The position numbers were made by a program, and so were the translations under genes. Below the pieces are notes generated by a model. That model was not told the origin of the DNA. It saw only the letters and a program-made list of their open reading frames with translations, and ran no database searches. Shown one piece after another: positions 25,753 through 39,096 of a stretch of 64,000 nt of DNA. Each line of letters starts with the position of its first letter. The stretch's first letter is position 1. This DNA is from Amoebidium appalachense (taxonomy: Eukaryota > Protista > Ichthyosporea): positions 6,883,794 to 6,947,793 of the forward strand of contig CAVNZM010000010.1 in NCBI GenBank assembly GCA_963693365.1. The letters run 5' to 3'.

Positions 25753-26367
25753 TGGGATGAATGTCACACCTGGAATGTATGCTTGCCGTTTTTATGCTTC
25801 ATTCAAAGTTTCTTGTTGTAGGACTCGTTTGCTAGTGTGGTTTTGGTTGATTGTAGATCGATTCGGGTGCGCGATGTATGGGAATTAATGAAAAAAGTAG
25901 GTGTGTGAAATTTGTGAATGACTGTTTGTTAGGAAAGATGTAATTATGATATGGTTGAATCTATTACATGCGATAGGACGAGAAGAGCAATGTTTATGTG
26001 TTGAATGTAAACTGCAGAGTAATAATTCATGAGGACGTTGTGTTGGTTGGCTATGGAGTGAAATTTTTATTTTTTATATTTTTTTGGCTGATGAAAAAGA
26101 GATACGATTTGTGTTGGTGAACACGAAATGTATTAATATTAACCAATAGACATGTAATTGGGCAGACTCGCCCGTCCAATCACATGTCAGCAGACATGGG
26201 ATAAATACAGTACGGATTTAGGAGCTGATGGTGAGCCAATAAATCTCTGACGAAAGAATACATATCTGATACTATCATCGCTCAATTGCAACGTAACCCT
26301 CTCCCCTGCCACCTCTTCTTCCCCTCCCCCCCTCGAGCTCCCCCCTTCCATTTTTGGAAAAAACCCT

Positions 26368-26407
<40 letters not shown>

Positions 26408-27865
26408 CCGCAATTTCTAATTAATCAGGCAGGGCCACTGCGGCCAAGAGGTGTTTTTTTTTTTTTTTTTGGGTGTGGGTTAATCTAAATCTCAGTTTTC
26501 GTGGTGTATTGGGATAGTATGATTACAGCTAGTGGAATGATGGAGAGGAAAGGGGTTGCATGTTTTTGTGCACACACCACATGGCATTGCGTCCTCTCGT
26601 CGGCAAGCCGCGAGGGCGGCCCGAGGGGAGGGGAGGGGGGGAAGGATGGGAGGGAGGCCTCGAGGGGAGGGGAGGATAGATTAGGCAAAGATTGGGTTGC
26701 CATGATATAAACATGTTTTGGTGCACGCGCTCTTCCAAGGAGGGGTCCGGAAGGCGGGGGGGGCCGGGGGGGAGGGCCCGGGATTGGTGTGCCTTTAGGG
26801 GTGGGGGTGGGGGGGAGGAGGGGGAGGGGATCTCTTGAGGGGGTAGAAGATAGATAGGCAAAGAATGTGTCGTATACGTCTTGATATCGATCATGACAAT
26901 GTTTGTGTGCTTCCGCAGGGAGGGGAGGGTTTGGTGAACGTTAAGTTACACTCCAAGGGATCGAGCTCGAGGCTGAGATAGACAAAGATTGTGCTGTGGT
27001 ATACAAGTATTTGTGTGGGATCCAGCTCGGTGAGGCTTTTGGATGGGGGCCGGGGGGGGGACTCCGAGGGAAGGAGCTCGAGGGAGGATAGATAAATATT
27101 GTGCAGTATACATGTTTTTGTGTGGGATCCAGCCTAAGGTTTTTGGATGGGGGAAGGGGGGGGGGGGGGGGGGGGGGACATGTTTTTGTGTGCTCCAGTA
27201 ATAAGAGACATGGCATTGCAAAACCTCATTTTGTGTGCACATGCGCATGCACAGTAACAGCTGGAGTGCAGTTATCCACATGTCATAGCAACGGCTCCGA
27301 AATCACTGAATATCATTGTGAAGGGGACGGCATGCTACTACTTGCAACCAAACACAACATTTTCGTAATTATAAACAGCCCCCCCTCCCCCCCACCTGGT
27401 GAGTAGCTTTCCCCCACGGCCATGCAACCGCTCTTCAGCCCCAACACACATTTCACAAACCTGCCCCCTCTCGCCACACACGTGAATACACAACCCCCAT
27501 TGTCAGACCGGCGTACTACAACTAAATTATATAAAAACCTATAAACCGTAATTCCCCTCTTGTTTCCGTTTCTCCACCACCCCTCCATTACAACCACAAG
27601 GCATCACACCTGTTTGACAGGGCGTGCACACCCACCACATACAGGTGTGTGACGAGATGCAAATGTTCATTGCATGGACAGGATACACTGCACTAATGAC
27701 GATTTCGTCGTGGCACATTTGCGTAAAAAAAGATGAGCACAACACACCCAAATTGGCACGACAGGCATATTTATTTCCTTCAATATATATATGACACGCC
27801 AGCGTGCCATACGGAGGGCGTTCAGAAAGGCAGGAGGAAGAAAGAACCACTAGGGCAGAGGGCAT

Positions 27866-30111
27866 TTACTTCTTGCCACCCTTCTTGGCAGCGGCCGTGG
27901 CACCCTTGCCACCGGCGGCGGCCTTGTCCACCTTCTCAACGGACTTGATCACACCGACGGCAACAGTTTGCCTCATGTCGCGCACGGCGAAGCGACCAAG
28001 AGGGGGGTAGGCCTGGAAGGACTCAACGCACATGGGCTTCTGGGGAACCATGGTAACCATGGCGGCATCACCGGACTTGACGAACTTGGGCAGGTCCTCG
28101 AGCTTCTTGCCGGAGCGGCGGTCGATCTTCTCCTGGATCTCAGCGAACTTGCAGGCAATGTGGGCGGTGTGGCAGTCGAGCACGGGGGCATAGCCGTTGC
28201 CGATCTGGCCGGGGTGGTTGAGAATGATGACCTGGGCAAGGAAAGACTTGGACTCCTTGGGGGGGTCGTTCTTGGAGTCACCAGCCACATTACCACGGCG
28301 GATATCCTTGACGGAGACGTTCTTGATGTTGAAACCGACGTTGTCACCCGGGACGGCCTCGGGCATGGACTCGTGGTGCATCTCCACGGACTTGACTTCA
28401 GTGGTCACACCGGTGGGGGCGAAGGTGACGACCATGCCGGGCTTGATGATACCGGTCTCCACACGGCCCACGGGCACAGTGCCGATACCGCCGATCTTGT
28501 ACACATCCTGAAGGGGCAGACGGAGGGGCTTGTCCGTGGGGCGCTTGGGCGGCAGGATGGCATCGAGGGCCTCCAGCAGGGTCTTGCCGGCGGCGTTGCC
28601 CTCCTTGCGCTCAACCTCCCATCCCTTGTACCAGGGCATGTTGTCGGTGGGCTCGATCATGTTGTCACCGTGCCAGCCGGAGATGGGCACGAAGGCAACG
28701 GCCTTAGGGTTGTAACCGATCTTCTTGATGTAGTTGGACACTTCGCTCACGATTTCGTTGAAGCGCTCCTGGTTGAACTTGATCGAGTCCATCTTGTTGA
28801 CGGCGACGATCAGCTGCTTGACACCGAGGGTGAAGGCGAGCAGAGCATGCTCACGGGTCTGGCCATCCTTGGAGATACCAGCCTCGAACTCACCGGTACC
28901 GGCGGCAACGATGAGCACGGCGCAATCAGCCTGGGAGGTACCTGTTTCCAAACAAGATCAGTAACGGGTCTGGTTCGGAAAAGTACGGAGTGTCGACACA
29001 GTTTCAGATATCTAAGAGCGACCATCAGCCCAACCCACACCGACAAAAGGAGTTGCACCATAGCACTACACCCGAACCGCCTGCCCAAGCCCAACTGTGC
29101 GGATTAAGATAACAGCGCCAACAGCAATGCACCTGTCAATAAACCAGAGCAAAAGGGGACAATACAGCCACCAGCACGAGCACAGGTACTCACCGGTAAT
29201 CATGTTCTTGATGAAATCACGGTGGCCCGGGGCATCGATAATGGTGACCATGTACTTGGTGGTCTCGAACTTCCACAGGGCGATGTCGATGGTGATACCG
29301 CGCTCGCGCTCGGCCTTCAGTTTGTCAAGCACCCAGGCGTACTTGAAGGAGCCCTTGCCCATTTCCTGGGCTTCCTTCTCGAACTTCTCGATAGTACGCT
29401 TGTCGATACCACCGCACTTGTAGATAAGGTGACCGGTGGAGGTCGACTTACCGGAGTCGACGTGACCGATCACGACAATGTTGATATGGCTCTTATCTGC
29501 AAGCAAGTGAGAATTAGAACCCATAGATAAACCAGACAGACTCGAACCTGTGCAACCACACGGCCAACAAAGCCTTCAGGAAAGCACAGTTCAACACACG
29601 TGAGGTCAGGGGTACCACATGCAACGGCTTTTTTTTTTCCATGATTGCGGAAAATAAGTACTGTTTAGAACGCTTACGCCTAATGCAAACAACTTGCCTA
29701 CTCTACCGGCCGAGAGATCTCTTCCTGCTAAAAGACCAGGGCAAAAACTCTCTTCCTGTTAACAGACCAGGGCAAAAAGGTGTTCACAGATGCCCACTGC
29801 AGATCCGCCACCATTTACAGATTAGCTTTACGGCTGCAATGCTATGGAGTCGTCGTAAGATTTGTATGGAAGAGAGCCAGGCTGGAAACGAAGCTTCTAC
29901 TCGCAGGAACACCATTCTTCCCCTACAATAAGCTGGACAGAGCTGAACATGGAAAAACCTAAACTTTCCGTCAGCACTGATAATCAACTGAAACCTCCTT
30001 GCATGATATTAGAGTCACGAAAAGCGTTATTGCCGCCCATAGCAATAAAGCCACTTCCTCCTAATAAAACTAAGGAACGAGAAAAAGGGAAGAAAACATA
30101 CCCTTTCCCAT
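27866..30111 (-). CDS. EEF1A: Elongation factor 1-alpha; exons 30102-30111, 29194-29496, 27866-28941
   Basis: ATGGGAAAGG|GTATGT..CAG|ATAAG gives [30 protein letters not shown] and NKMD motifs present, opisthokont insertion [19 protein letters not shown], strong C/G-ending codon bias. Confidence 0.98.
29778..29923 (-). ncRNA. Candidate intronic box H/ACA snoRNA in EF1A intron 1
   Basis: On the sense strand: hairpin GGAAGA..TCTTCC, H box ATACAA (29862-29867), second hairpin CATTGCAG..CTGCAGTG, then ACA plus 3 nt (29781-29783); ~146 nt. No target identified. Confidence 0.3.
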
Positions 30112-31860
30112 GTTTGCGATTTAGTCGACAAGCGACGAACAACGAAATGTGATTTCTGAAGGTCGGGGACCCGTTCTGAGGCACACGTGGACTTTTTATA
30201 CCACCCATATTTTCCCCCGGGCGACGTAGCATGCTACACCGTCATTGCTTATATTTAATTGGAGGTTAGTCCTGTTGATGTCCTGTGCACACATGACTTT
30301 AGGCCAATCAATGATAATTAAGTTAAAACCAGCTCCTTGTAACTTGAAGAGTTTTCTGTCTATTTTTTTCTATCAAGTATATGTAGTTAAATTAATAAAT
30401 ATCTTAAATAGTCATTTTAAACGTCAAAATTGAGTGTTTTGTGTTTGTTACCCTACATATATAGGTTGAGCTTGTGTGTTTCACACGGGGAGAAAGAATG
30501 CTTAGAAGCGAATGACCAATGAAAAAGTTCTGAAAAATGTGAGTGTGGCCGCTACACCGCCTATTATGTAAGATCTGTTAGATCTGTCGAGTCCCACTGC
30601 ATTCCATTTCAGCTGGTTCAAAGTGGCGCCCAAGTTTTGTTTGAGTTTGTCCTTCCGTTATGCAGCTACAATATGGACTAATGTATAGCCTATAAGAGAA
30701 ACTTTGTGTAATACACAAGCAAACACAGCAGTACAGCATGCCTATGGCACCATGGCACAGAATGACCGTTGTAACGCAGCATCGTTTTAGTGGACCAGTC
30801 AAACCACATACGTACATTCCGAAGCCTTGTGCTTTCGAGAGTTGCTGGCCATGGCCATGACAGGCAAAGGACATGGCCTTCATTCTTGCCGAACTAATAT
30901 TATAAATATAACGTTTCATCCAGTTGCAATTCTCATTCCGAAACGACAAACAAACTCCAGCTGACTCTTCTGACCAAGGGTCTTACCCATGGGCAAGTTT
31001 CATGGTCGTGCTCATTCACATGTTCGGTTGTTCGGAGGGCCCATTCTGGTCCGCTCTGTTGCATTCTATATACCATGGAGCTGCAATCAAAATGCATATG
31101 CATTTTTCAATTGGCCTATGTTCTAGCTGTTAGGGTGGAACCGCCTGGTACTTTCTTGAAGCTTTTCGTTTCATCCCCCCACCCGCCGTCCGCCCGCCCC
31201 TCGATCCTTGCAGCAGTCCTCCCCCCTCCCCCCTTCTCCCCCCCCCCCCCCCCCCCCCCCCCTTCCCCTCCCGAATTCTGCAGCTGCCGCAGTCCTCCTT
31301 TCCTCCGCCTCCCCCCCCGCGCCCCCCCCCTTTTCCCCAACACACACATGCATATGTTTGTCTCTCCTTCTCTCCCTCGCCCCCTTCCCGACTCGGAGAG
31401 ACTTTTCACATAGTCTTTTCCCCTTTGCATAGGTCATCCCCATCCCTATCCCCCTTATGCATGCGTATTTGGCATATCCATACCTAAGGCTTTGGAATTC
31501 AACCCCTCCCCCCGCATGCCCCCCCCCCCCCCCCCCCCCCCCCTTTCCTTTTAAGTTCTTTTTCGATTATCCTTTGTCCGTGGATCCCCACCCTCTTCCC
31601 CCATTTTGGCCTGCATATATATGGCTATTTCGTGTTCCATTTTCAACATCTGTTTGTAGGCAGCCTCGGCCTCCGGCTTCCCCTTAGACCCTACCTCACC
31701 TTCAAGTCAGCTAATACAGTGGTGCGCAAGCATGCATATGTGCTAATATTAGCTCTTTTTTTTGGGTTGTTGTTTTTAATTTTCTCCTGTTTGTTGTTTG
31801 TAAGGGAGCGCGTGTGGGGTGTGTAGCGGGCCCCTGGGGGGAGGGGTTGGGGGGGGTGGT

Positions 31861-32098
31861 TTTGAATGCGTCAAAAAGTGCGAAGTACACAAGAACAAAC
31901 GGATAACACGATGCAGAATGCAAGCCATACATAAAGAGTATGCATAATAAGCAGAGCCCATCCTCAGGGGGGGCCCACGTCATCCACAGTACCCGAGTTT
32001 CGACCTATTCCCCTCGCTAACGAAACCCAACTCAGATACTGTTTCACTTGAACATGAGTAGGTCACCCGTCTTGATCAGAGACGAGCAGGGTTGCTTA
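31861..32098 (-). mobile_element. SINE-like structured-RNA element, apparently full-length copy A, poly(C)-tailed
   Basis: Nearly identical to 36369-36546 and homologous to 35028-35298; flanked on both sides by GGGGTTGGGGGGGG (TSD-like). Confidence 0.75.
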
Positions 32099-32832
32099 GG
32101 GGGGTTGGGGGGGGGGGGGTCATTTGGTTTGTACATTCGTGACCATAAAGCCCATATTTATGGCATGTTCATATATTTTGTTCTTTTTTTCGTAATCATG
32201 TGGCATGTTCATATCGAATTTGTCCGGGTTATTTACAGCAATAAAGAACAACATACTTTGGGACAATACAATGAGTACTTGTCTTTCAATGAGTCTCCCA
32301 GTGAGCTTCAGAGTCGAGTATCAGCAAGCGTGACTGTTACTAAATTTTTTTAAAGATCAATAAAAAGCCATACCTCTTAGTTGTAATACTAAAAACGGCA
32401 CGAGGTTCTCATTGTGGTTGTGGAGGGGCGGAATGTTGCCTCACCAAAACCTACTACTATATATCTATCAATAGCAACTGCGTAAATATACATACGAAAA
32501 CGCATATAAAAACACTGTTAGTATCACTTCAGTCCCAATTTACGATGATTGGTAACATACACCACAAAAAAGAGATTATAAAAAAAAACCTGCACTAATA
32601 TTGTATGTGTTTGAGTACAGATTAATTTTTGGGCCTTCGAATTAGTGGGATGATTGCTTGTCCTATCCTATCGAAAAAAGCAACATCTGCTATCAGGCGT
32701 ATCACTGATATGGCATGTGAAATTCTGTGAGTGTAAAATATCTACACAGAAACACATCAAACAACGTCCTATCATTAGACCTAATGAGAGTGCAAAAAAC
32801 GTGCACGTGAGATAAGAGAACACGTCAAGAGA

Positions 32833-33574
32833 CTAACAGCATTCGTGGAGGGATTGACTTTCTATGGTGCCGGTGGCAGCGGCGGGTGGTAGTGGTGGTG
32901 GGCCGGTGCCTGTTTGTGTGCACGTGTGTGTGTGTGGGGGGGCGGGCGGGGAGGGAGGGGGGAGGGCAGGGCTATAAGATACAACAGCAAGAGCTATAGC
33001 ACGATGATTGCTGCTGCTTGGATCCGGACTTCTGGGTACTGCTCGAAGTGAGGGCATGGGGGGGAGGGGTGGCAGGTGCACCTCAAGGGGGTTCTCCATC
33101 ATCCTCTGTGCCGGCATAGTCCCTGCATCATACATCTGCACGTGTGTGTGTGTGTGAGTTGGGGGGGTGGAGGGATGGGGGGGGGGGGGGGGGGTAGTCA
33201 TGGTATGTGCGTGACTGGTGTAGTTGTCAGTATTATATGCCTTATCCAAAAACATGATCAGATAGCCTTTCGTCTGAGCGAGGCTGGGCTTAAGCCCTTG
33301 CAAGGGAATAATGTCAACTTGCCAGAACGACAGGGCTCAGAGTCTCGGCTAGGCATACCATTAGTGCACCACCAACACCATATATGGCATCACCCACAAC
33401 GCAAAGAGGCTGAGAGCAGGAACAAGTGCACACCTCCAACATGCACCCCCCTTCCTTTCCGCCCGTTCCTCTCTCCTTTCCATTTAGGGGCAATCTCCCT
33501 GGCTGCCTTTGCACCCTTGTGAGCACCTTGCTCCCCTCTTTCTCTTAACCCCGCGACCGCTAACAACCCCACCT

Positions 33575-33610
<36 letters not shown>

Positions 33611-34210
33611 CCCACACACACACACACAGACACAAAGGCAGACCCACACCCACACCCACACACGCTCGCACGCGCGCGTGCAGCACACACAAACACGCGC
33701 AGACACACACACAATCTTATGTTGAGGACACAGACACACACCTTTCTGTTGACGCTAGGCAGGCGCAGGTAGTGGCATATGGCGTTGCAGCGGTGGGTCT
33801 TCAGGAAATGCTCAAAGCCCTTCACCCCAAGATTGCCCTTGCCGAACCCCCACCTGCAATCATACATGTAGCCCTGTCAGTCCATCTGTTGTGCATAACT
33901 AGGGCATGCAAAAATGAGACATCGTCGTATCCCCTGTGACGAAGCAAAGAAAAGGGATGGCTTTAGGGGAGGGAGGGAGAAGGGGGAGGGGTGGGGGGGA
34001 TAAGAATACGCTACCCAGCACCAAATACACATTCACGAAGAACAGCACCTTCAAGTACAAGAGTATGCATCATAAACAGAGCCCATCTTCCGGGGGAAAA
34101 GTCCCGGGTGTAGTGGCGGGTGGGTTGGGGTTGGAGGGGGAAGGGGGGGGGGGGGAGGAGGGGGGGGGGGGGGGGGAGGTAGGGGGAGGAGGAGGAGGAG
34201 GAGGAGGAGG

Positions 34211-34250
<40 letters not shown>

Positions 34251-34377
34251 ATGCACCCGTCCAAGGTGTGCATCTGGGGGTCTGTGTAAAGATCGCTCAC
34301 ACCCTGAATGTCGCACACGAGCACACTGTGCCGTGAGGCCTCGTACGTGAAGTGGGAGAATGCCTGCAAGGGGGTGT

Positions 34378-34438
<61 letters not shown>

Positions 34439-34856
34439 CCGTGTTGCACAGTACACTGTGTTGTGTATGTGTGTGTACACGCGTATGTCACGGTGCCACG
34501 GTGTGTGTGTGTGCCCGTGTGTCACCGTGTGTGTGTGTGCCACGCTTGGCATGTGTGTGCCCGTGTACACATGTACACTGTGTGTGTGTGTGTGTGTATG
34601 CGTGCACGCGCGCGCGCGTGTGTGTGTGAGCACGTGTGTGTGCTTGTGTGTGTGTGCACGGAACTGTGTATGTGTGTGTATGTGTGTACATCATGTGTAG
34701 CCTCTGTGTGTACATGTGCCATGGTGTGTATGTGGGGGTCACGGTGCTGGGCCTGCAAGCAGGGTGAAGTACATGTGTTTGTACATGTGTACCGTATCTA
34801 GGACACTGATGCACTGCAACAGTGCAGGCCCCTGGGGGGCGGGGCGGGGGGGGGGG

Positions 34857-34907
<51 letters not shown>

Positions 34908-35427
34908 TTCGATATGCATTTTCGATCCGGCCCAGGCACAGATCGAATTTCAGTTTCAAAAATCGAACCATTCGATCAAAAAAATCGAATCTTCCGAACC
35001 CTGGGGGGGGGGGGGGGGGGGGGGGGGTTGAATGCGGAACACGGTACGAAGTACGCATACACGATGAGAAGCATGGTGCAGGACACATGCAAAGGCAAAC
35101 ATCAAGTATGCAACATCAGCCATGCGCACAGTATGCGTCATAAGCAGAGCCCATCCTCAGGGAGAGTCCAAGTCATCAATTGCGTCTGAGTTTCGACCCC
35201 TTAGCCCGCGTATATACGACACTCCAACTCAGACAGCAGCATCAACTGAACTTGGGAGGGTCAACCCGTCTTGATATCAAGACGAGCAGGGTTGCTTATG
35301 CAAGCAAGGTGAGCAAAACGGTGAAGATGTGTGTGCAAATTAATGCAGCGCAGCGAAAAATGTGTATGTGCTTACAGATGCACGACATAGAGCAACCATG
35401 CCCGGTTGCATGGAAGTAAAGCTGTCT

Positions 35428-35468
<41 letters not shown>

Positions 35469-37517
35469 GAATGTAGTGCCAAAAAACGAGTCAAGATACA
35501 CAGCTAATAAATAAGGTGCATGAAATGCAATAAGGAAAACACGGTGAGTATGGAGGCCATGCATTCCTGGCAAAAACAAAGAATAGAAGCACGACATCAA
35601 AATGCACAAGCACGAACACCACACGCACACACGCGCGCACACACAAGTAAACATACAATTATACGCATACACGCACACACCCGCACACCCACATAAGCCC
35701 CCCCCCCCCCCCCCCCCCCCCCCCTCTCTCTCTCCCTCCCCCCTCCCCCGGGACACGGATGCACCGTGCCCCCAATCACGCACGCACACACTCACCCACA
35801 CATACAGGCAGGCAGGCACACATCTAGCACGTGCACGCAAACACGAACACACCTGGAAATATACGTCTCTATCCTCATATGGGTCAATCGAGCACTTAGC
35901 CACATATTTCGTGCCGGGCTCCGACACAATTTGCATGTGGATGGCATATCTCAGACCCCCCCGAGCAAATGGTTGGGGATCCAACTTGACCTGTTAAAAC
36001 ATTGTTATCCGGTCAGTATCCTATCACCATGCTATGCTTTGGCGAAAAATGGGTTACTAACCTCTATGATGTAAGTGCATTAATGTAAACACTATGGATA
36101 TATATATACCTTTCGTATCAAACCGGCTTGACTTATTGTGGGAGGTTTAGATAGATGACCGGGAGCGGGTAGGCCGGGGGGGGTTGGGGGGGGGGGGGGG
36201 GGAGATGGTTAGAATACCTTATTGAGTACCAAGTTCGAGGTACACATTCATAACGGACAAGACAATGCAGAGTGCAAACCACAGATAAAGTGTATGCAAA
36301 ATAAGCAGGGCCCATCATGCTCAGGGTGGGCCCACAATATCTACGAGGGAGGGCGGGGAGGGGGGGGGTTTTGAATGCGTCAAAAAGTACGAAGTACACA
36401 AGAACAAACGGATAACACGATGCAGAATGCAAGCCATACATAAAGAGTATGCATAATAAGCAGAGCCCATCCTCAGGGGGGGCCCACGTCATCCACAGTA
36501 CCCGAGTTTCGACCTATTCCCCTCGTTAACGAAACCCAACTCAGAGGGGGGGGGGGGGGGGGGGGGGGGGGCACAAGAGAATCTGACGGGGACAAAGGGC
36601 TAGCTGAAAATCCCTAATACAGAAAACAACGGTGCAGACAAAACAAATGAGTTCTCCTAACAACATTGTTTATCAGCATAACAAAAAGCACTGACTCGCC
36701 CATGTGGTTTGGATGCCAGGAGAGCAATGTGGGAAAGCTTTAAGAGCCACATAAGAGAAAGGAAAACGGAGAGGGGGGGGGGGGGGGGGGGGGGGGGGGG
36801 CTACATTACCGTGATTGGATTTGCAGACCATGTGCCTGTTTTGATGTCGAAGGTGTGCTGGGTGGCACTCAGAGCCTGCAGAGTAGGTGGGTGAGTGCTG
36901 GAACCTACCCACCCTTCCCTCTCCCCTCCCCCCATTTTCCTCCCTCTTCCCCCTTCCCTTCCTTCCCCCCTGTCTCCCTGGCTTGCTCAATCCCTTTCTC
37001 GTTCACACAAGCCCTCCCTCCCTCTCTCTCCCCCCCCCACTCTCCTCTCTCACTAATCTCTCTCTCACTCTTCCCGCCCCCCCCCCCCCCCCCCCCCCCC
37101 CGGCGACCCCTCCCTTTCCCATCCCCTTCCTCCCCCCCCCCCCCCCCCCCCCCCCGGCCCTTCACTATCCCTCTCACTCACTCTTTCTTCTTACTGATAA
37201 TAAATTATATTGCCACTTTTCTTTCATTCCCACTTGGCCTTGCACCACTTACTGGCCACAGACACAAGCACATGCAACGACATATAGTCATATACAGGTC
37301 CGGGCAGTGCTGGGGAGGAAAAAGGGGGGAGAGGGCGAGGGCGGGGGGAGGGGAGGGGAAGGGGGGGGGAGGGAGGAGGGGGGGGGGGGGGGGAGGTTCG
37401 TACTCGTGAAAGGGAGAAGTCAGGTGGGGGGTGGGGGACAACTTGTCGGAGGGTTTGAACAGTGCGGCCACCTGGACTGGTTGGCTTTGCATCGGGTACA
37501 ATGGATGTGCCTGTGTA

Positions 37518-37549
<32 letters not shown>

Positions 37550-38031
37550 TGTGTGTGCGCGTGTGTGTGTGTGTGTGTGCGCGCGCGGTTGTGTCTGCAA
37601 ACGTGCATGCATAGGATCGTGTGTATTAGCTTGTGTGTTTGTTGGTTGATTTGTTGTTGTTAATTTCTTACGTGTGCTAGCTTGTGATCGATCATGGGTA
37701 CAAGTGCATGCACGCATGTACCCATGAGTTTATGCATGCGAGTCTGGTGATAGTAACAGGTTTGCATGTCTAACTGTTTCCTTACGACCACTACCGCCAA
37801 CACCCATCCACACCCCCAACCCAACCCTCCCGAGACACACACACACATATACACACACACGCACAATCACGACCGTGAGTGCGGGAGCCACCCACACACC
37901 CACGCACCCACGCACCCACACCCACACCCACACAAGCACACGCACACGCACACGCACACGCACACGCACGCACACGCACACGCACACGCACACGCACACG
38001 CACACGCACACGCACACGCACACGCACACGC

Positions 38032-38127
<96 letters not shown>

Positions 38128-38751
38128 CACGCACAGCAGGCACGCACGCACGCACATATACACACCTCCCTAAACCCCAAACCAATCTCTCCCCTGCCCT
38201 CCCCCGCTCCCCCCTCACTCACCCCCTCCGCCCCCTCCTCCTATCCCCTCCCTACCCTCTCCTCACCCCCCTTCCCCCCTTTTCCTTTTGTTTTCGTTTT
38301 TTTTTTCCCACCTGTGAGGTCGTCCACCAGCTGAGCCTTTCTCTGCCCGTATTCGTCCTGACTGATAAACCCCTCCCTTAACAATTCCTTTAAGTTGTGT
38401 AGTTGCTGCCATCTCGTGGTGCTCCGGCCTGCACGGATGGTCCCGCGCTCGCGCCTAAAAAAAAATAAAAAAATAACAAAAAAAGTTTAGAAGGGTTACC
38501 CTCCTCTTAGGTTTATCATGGGAACAGAAAATGTTTCAGAAGGTAACCTTGCCTTAGGCCATGAGAAGAAATGGTTTCGAAGGCAATCTTCATATCCAGC
38601 TTCACATCTCGAGAGAGAAAGGGGGAGATTAGGATGTGTTATATGGGTCGAAGCACAAAACCTTAACCATGTAAGACGGTTTTGTTCATTTTTGGTAGAT
38701 GAAGGGGGGGGGGGGGGGGGGGTGGGCAGCAGGGGAAGGGGGAGTTGGGGG

Positions 38752-38787
<36 letters not shown>

Positions 38788-39025
38788 GAAGGGGGGGGGG
38801 GGGGGGGGGGGGGAAGGTAGAATGTGTCACGTATACCAAGTACAAATTCACAACGGACCATGGAATGCAGACATAAACAAGAGAAAAACACAAATCGTAT
38901 GCCACATAGTAGAGCCCCATCTTTGTCGGGAGCACGAGAAAGACTGTAGGTTATTTTTATATTTACTTTTTTCCTTTTTTTTTTTTTTTTTGTGTGTGTG
39001 TGTGTGTGGTGGTGGTGGTGGCGGT

Positions 39026-39096
<71 letters not shown>

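Noticed and set aside
26500-27200. Degenerate repeats (CATGTTTTTGTG, GTGGGATCCAGC) between RSPRY1 and EF1A
   Set aside because: Probably a decayed repeat, but the boundaries and class cannot be supported.
27968-29107. 379-aa + strand ORF
   Set aside because: Antisense shadow of EF1A caused by its codon bias.
29962-30027. C/D snoRNA in EF1A intron 1 (terminal stem plus CTGA)
   Set aside because: No acceptable C box and no convincing guide complementarity.
31960-32005. Hammerhead ribozyme suggested by CTGAGGA and CGAAAC in the SINE-like RNA
   Set aside because: Stems I and II cannot be formed around these motifs in any permutation I tried; both motifs fit the alternative fold instead.
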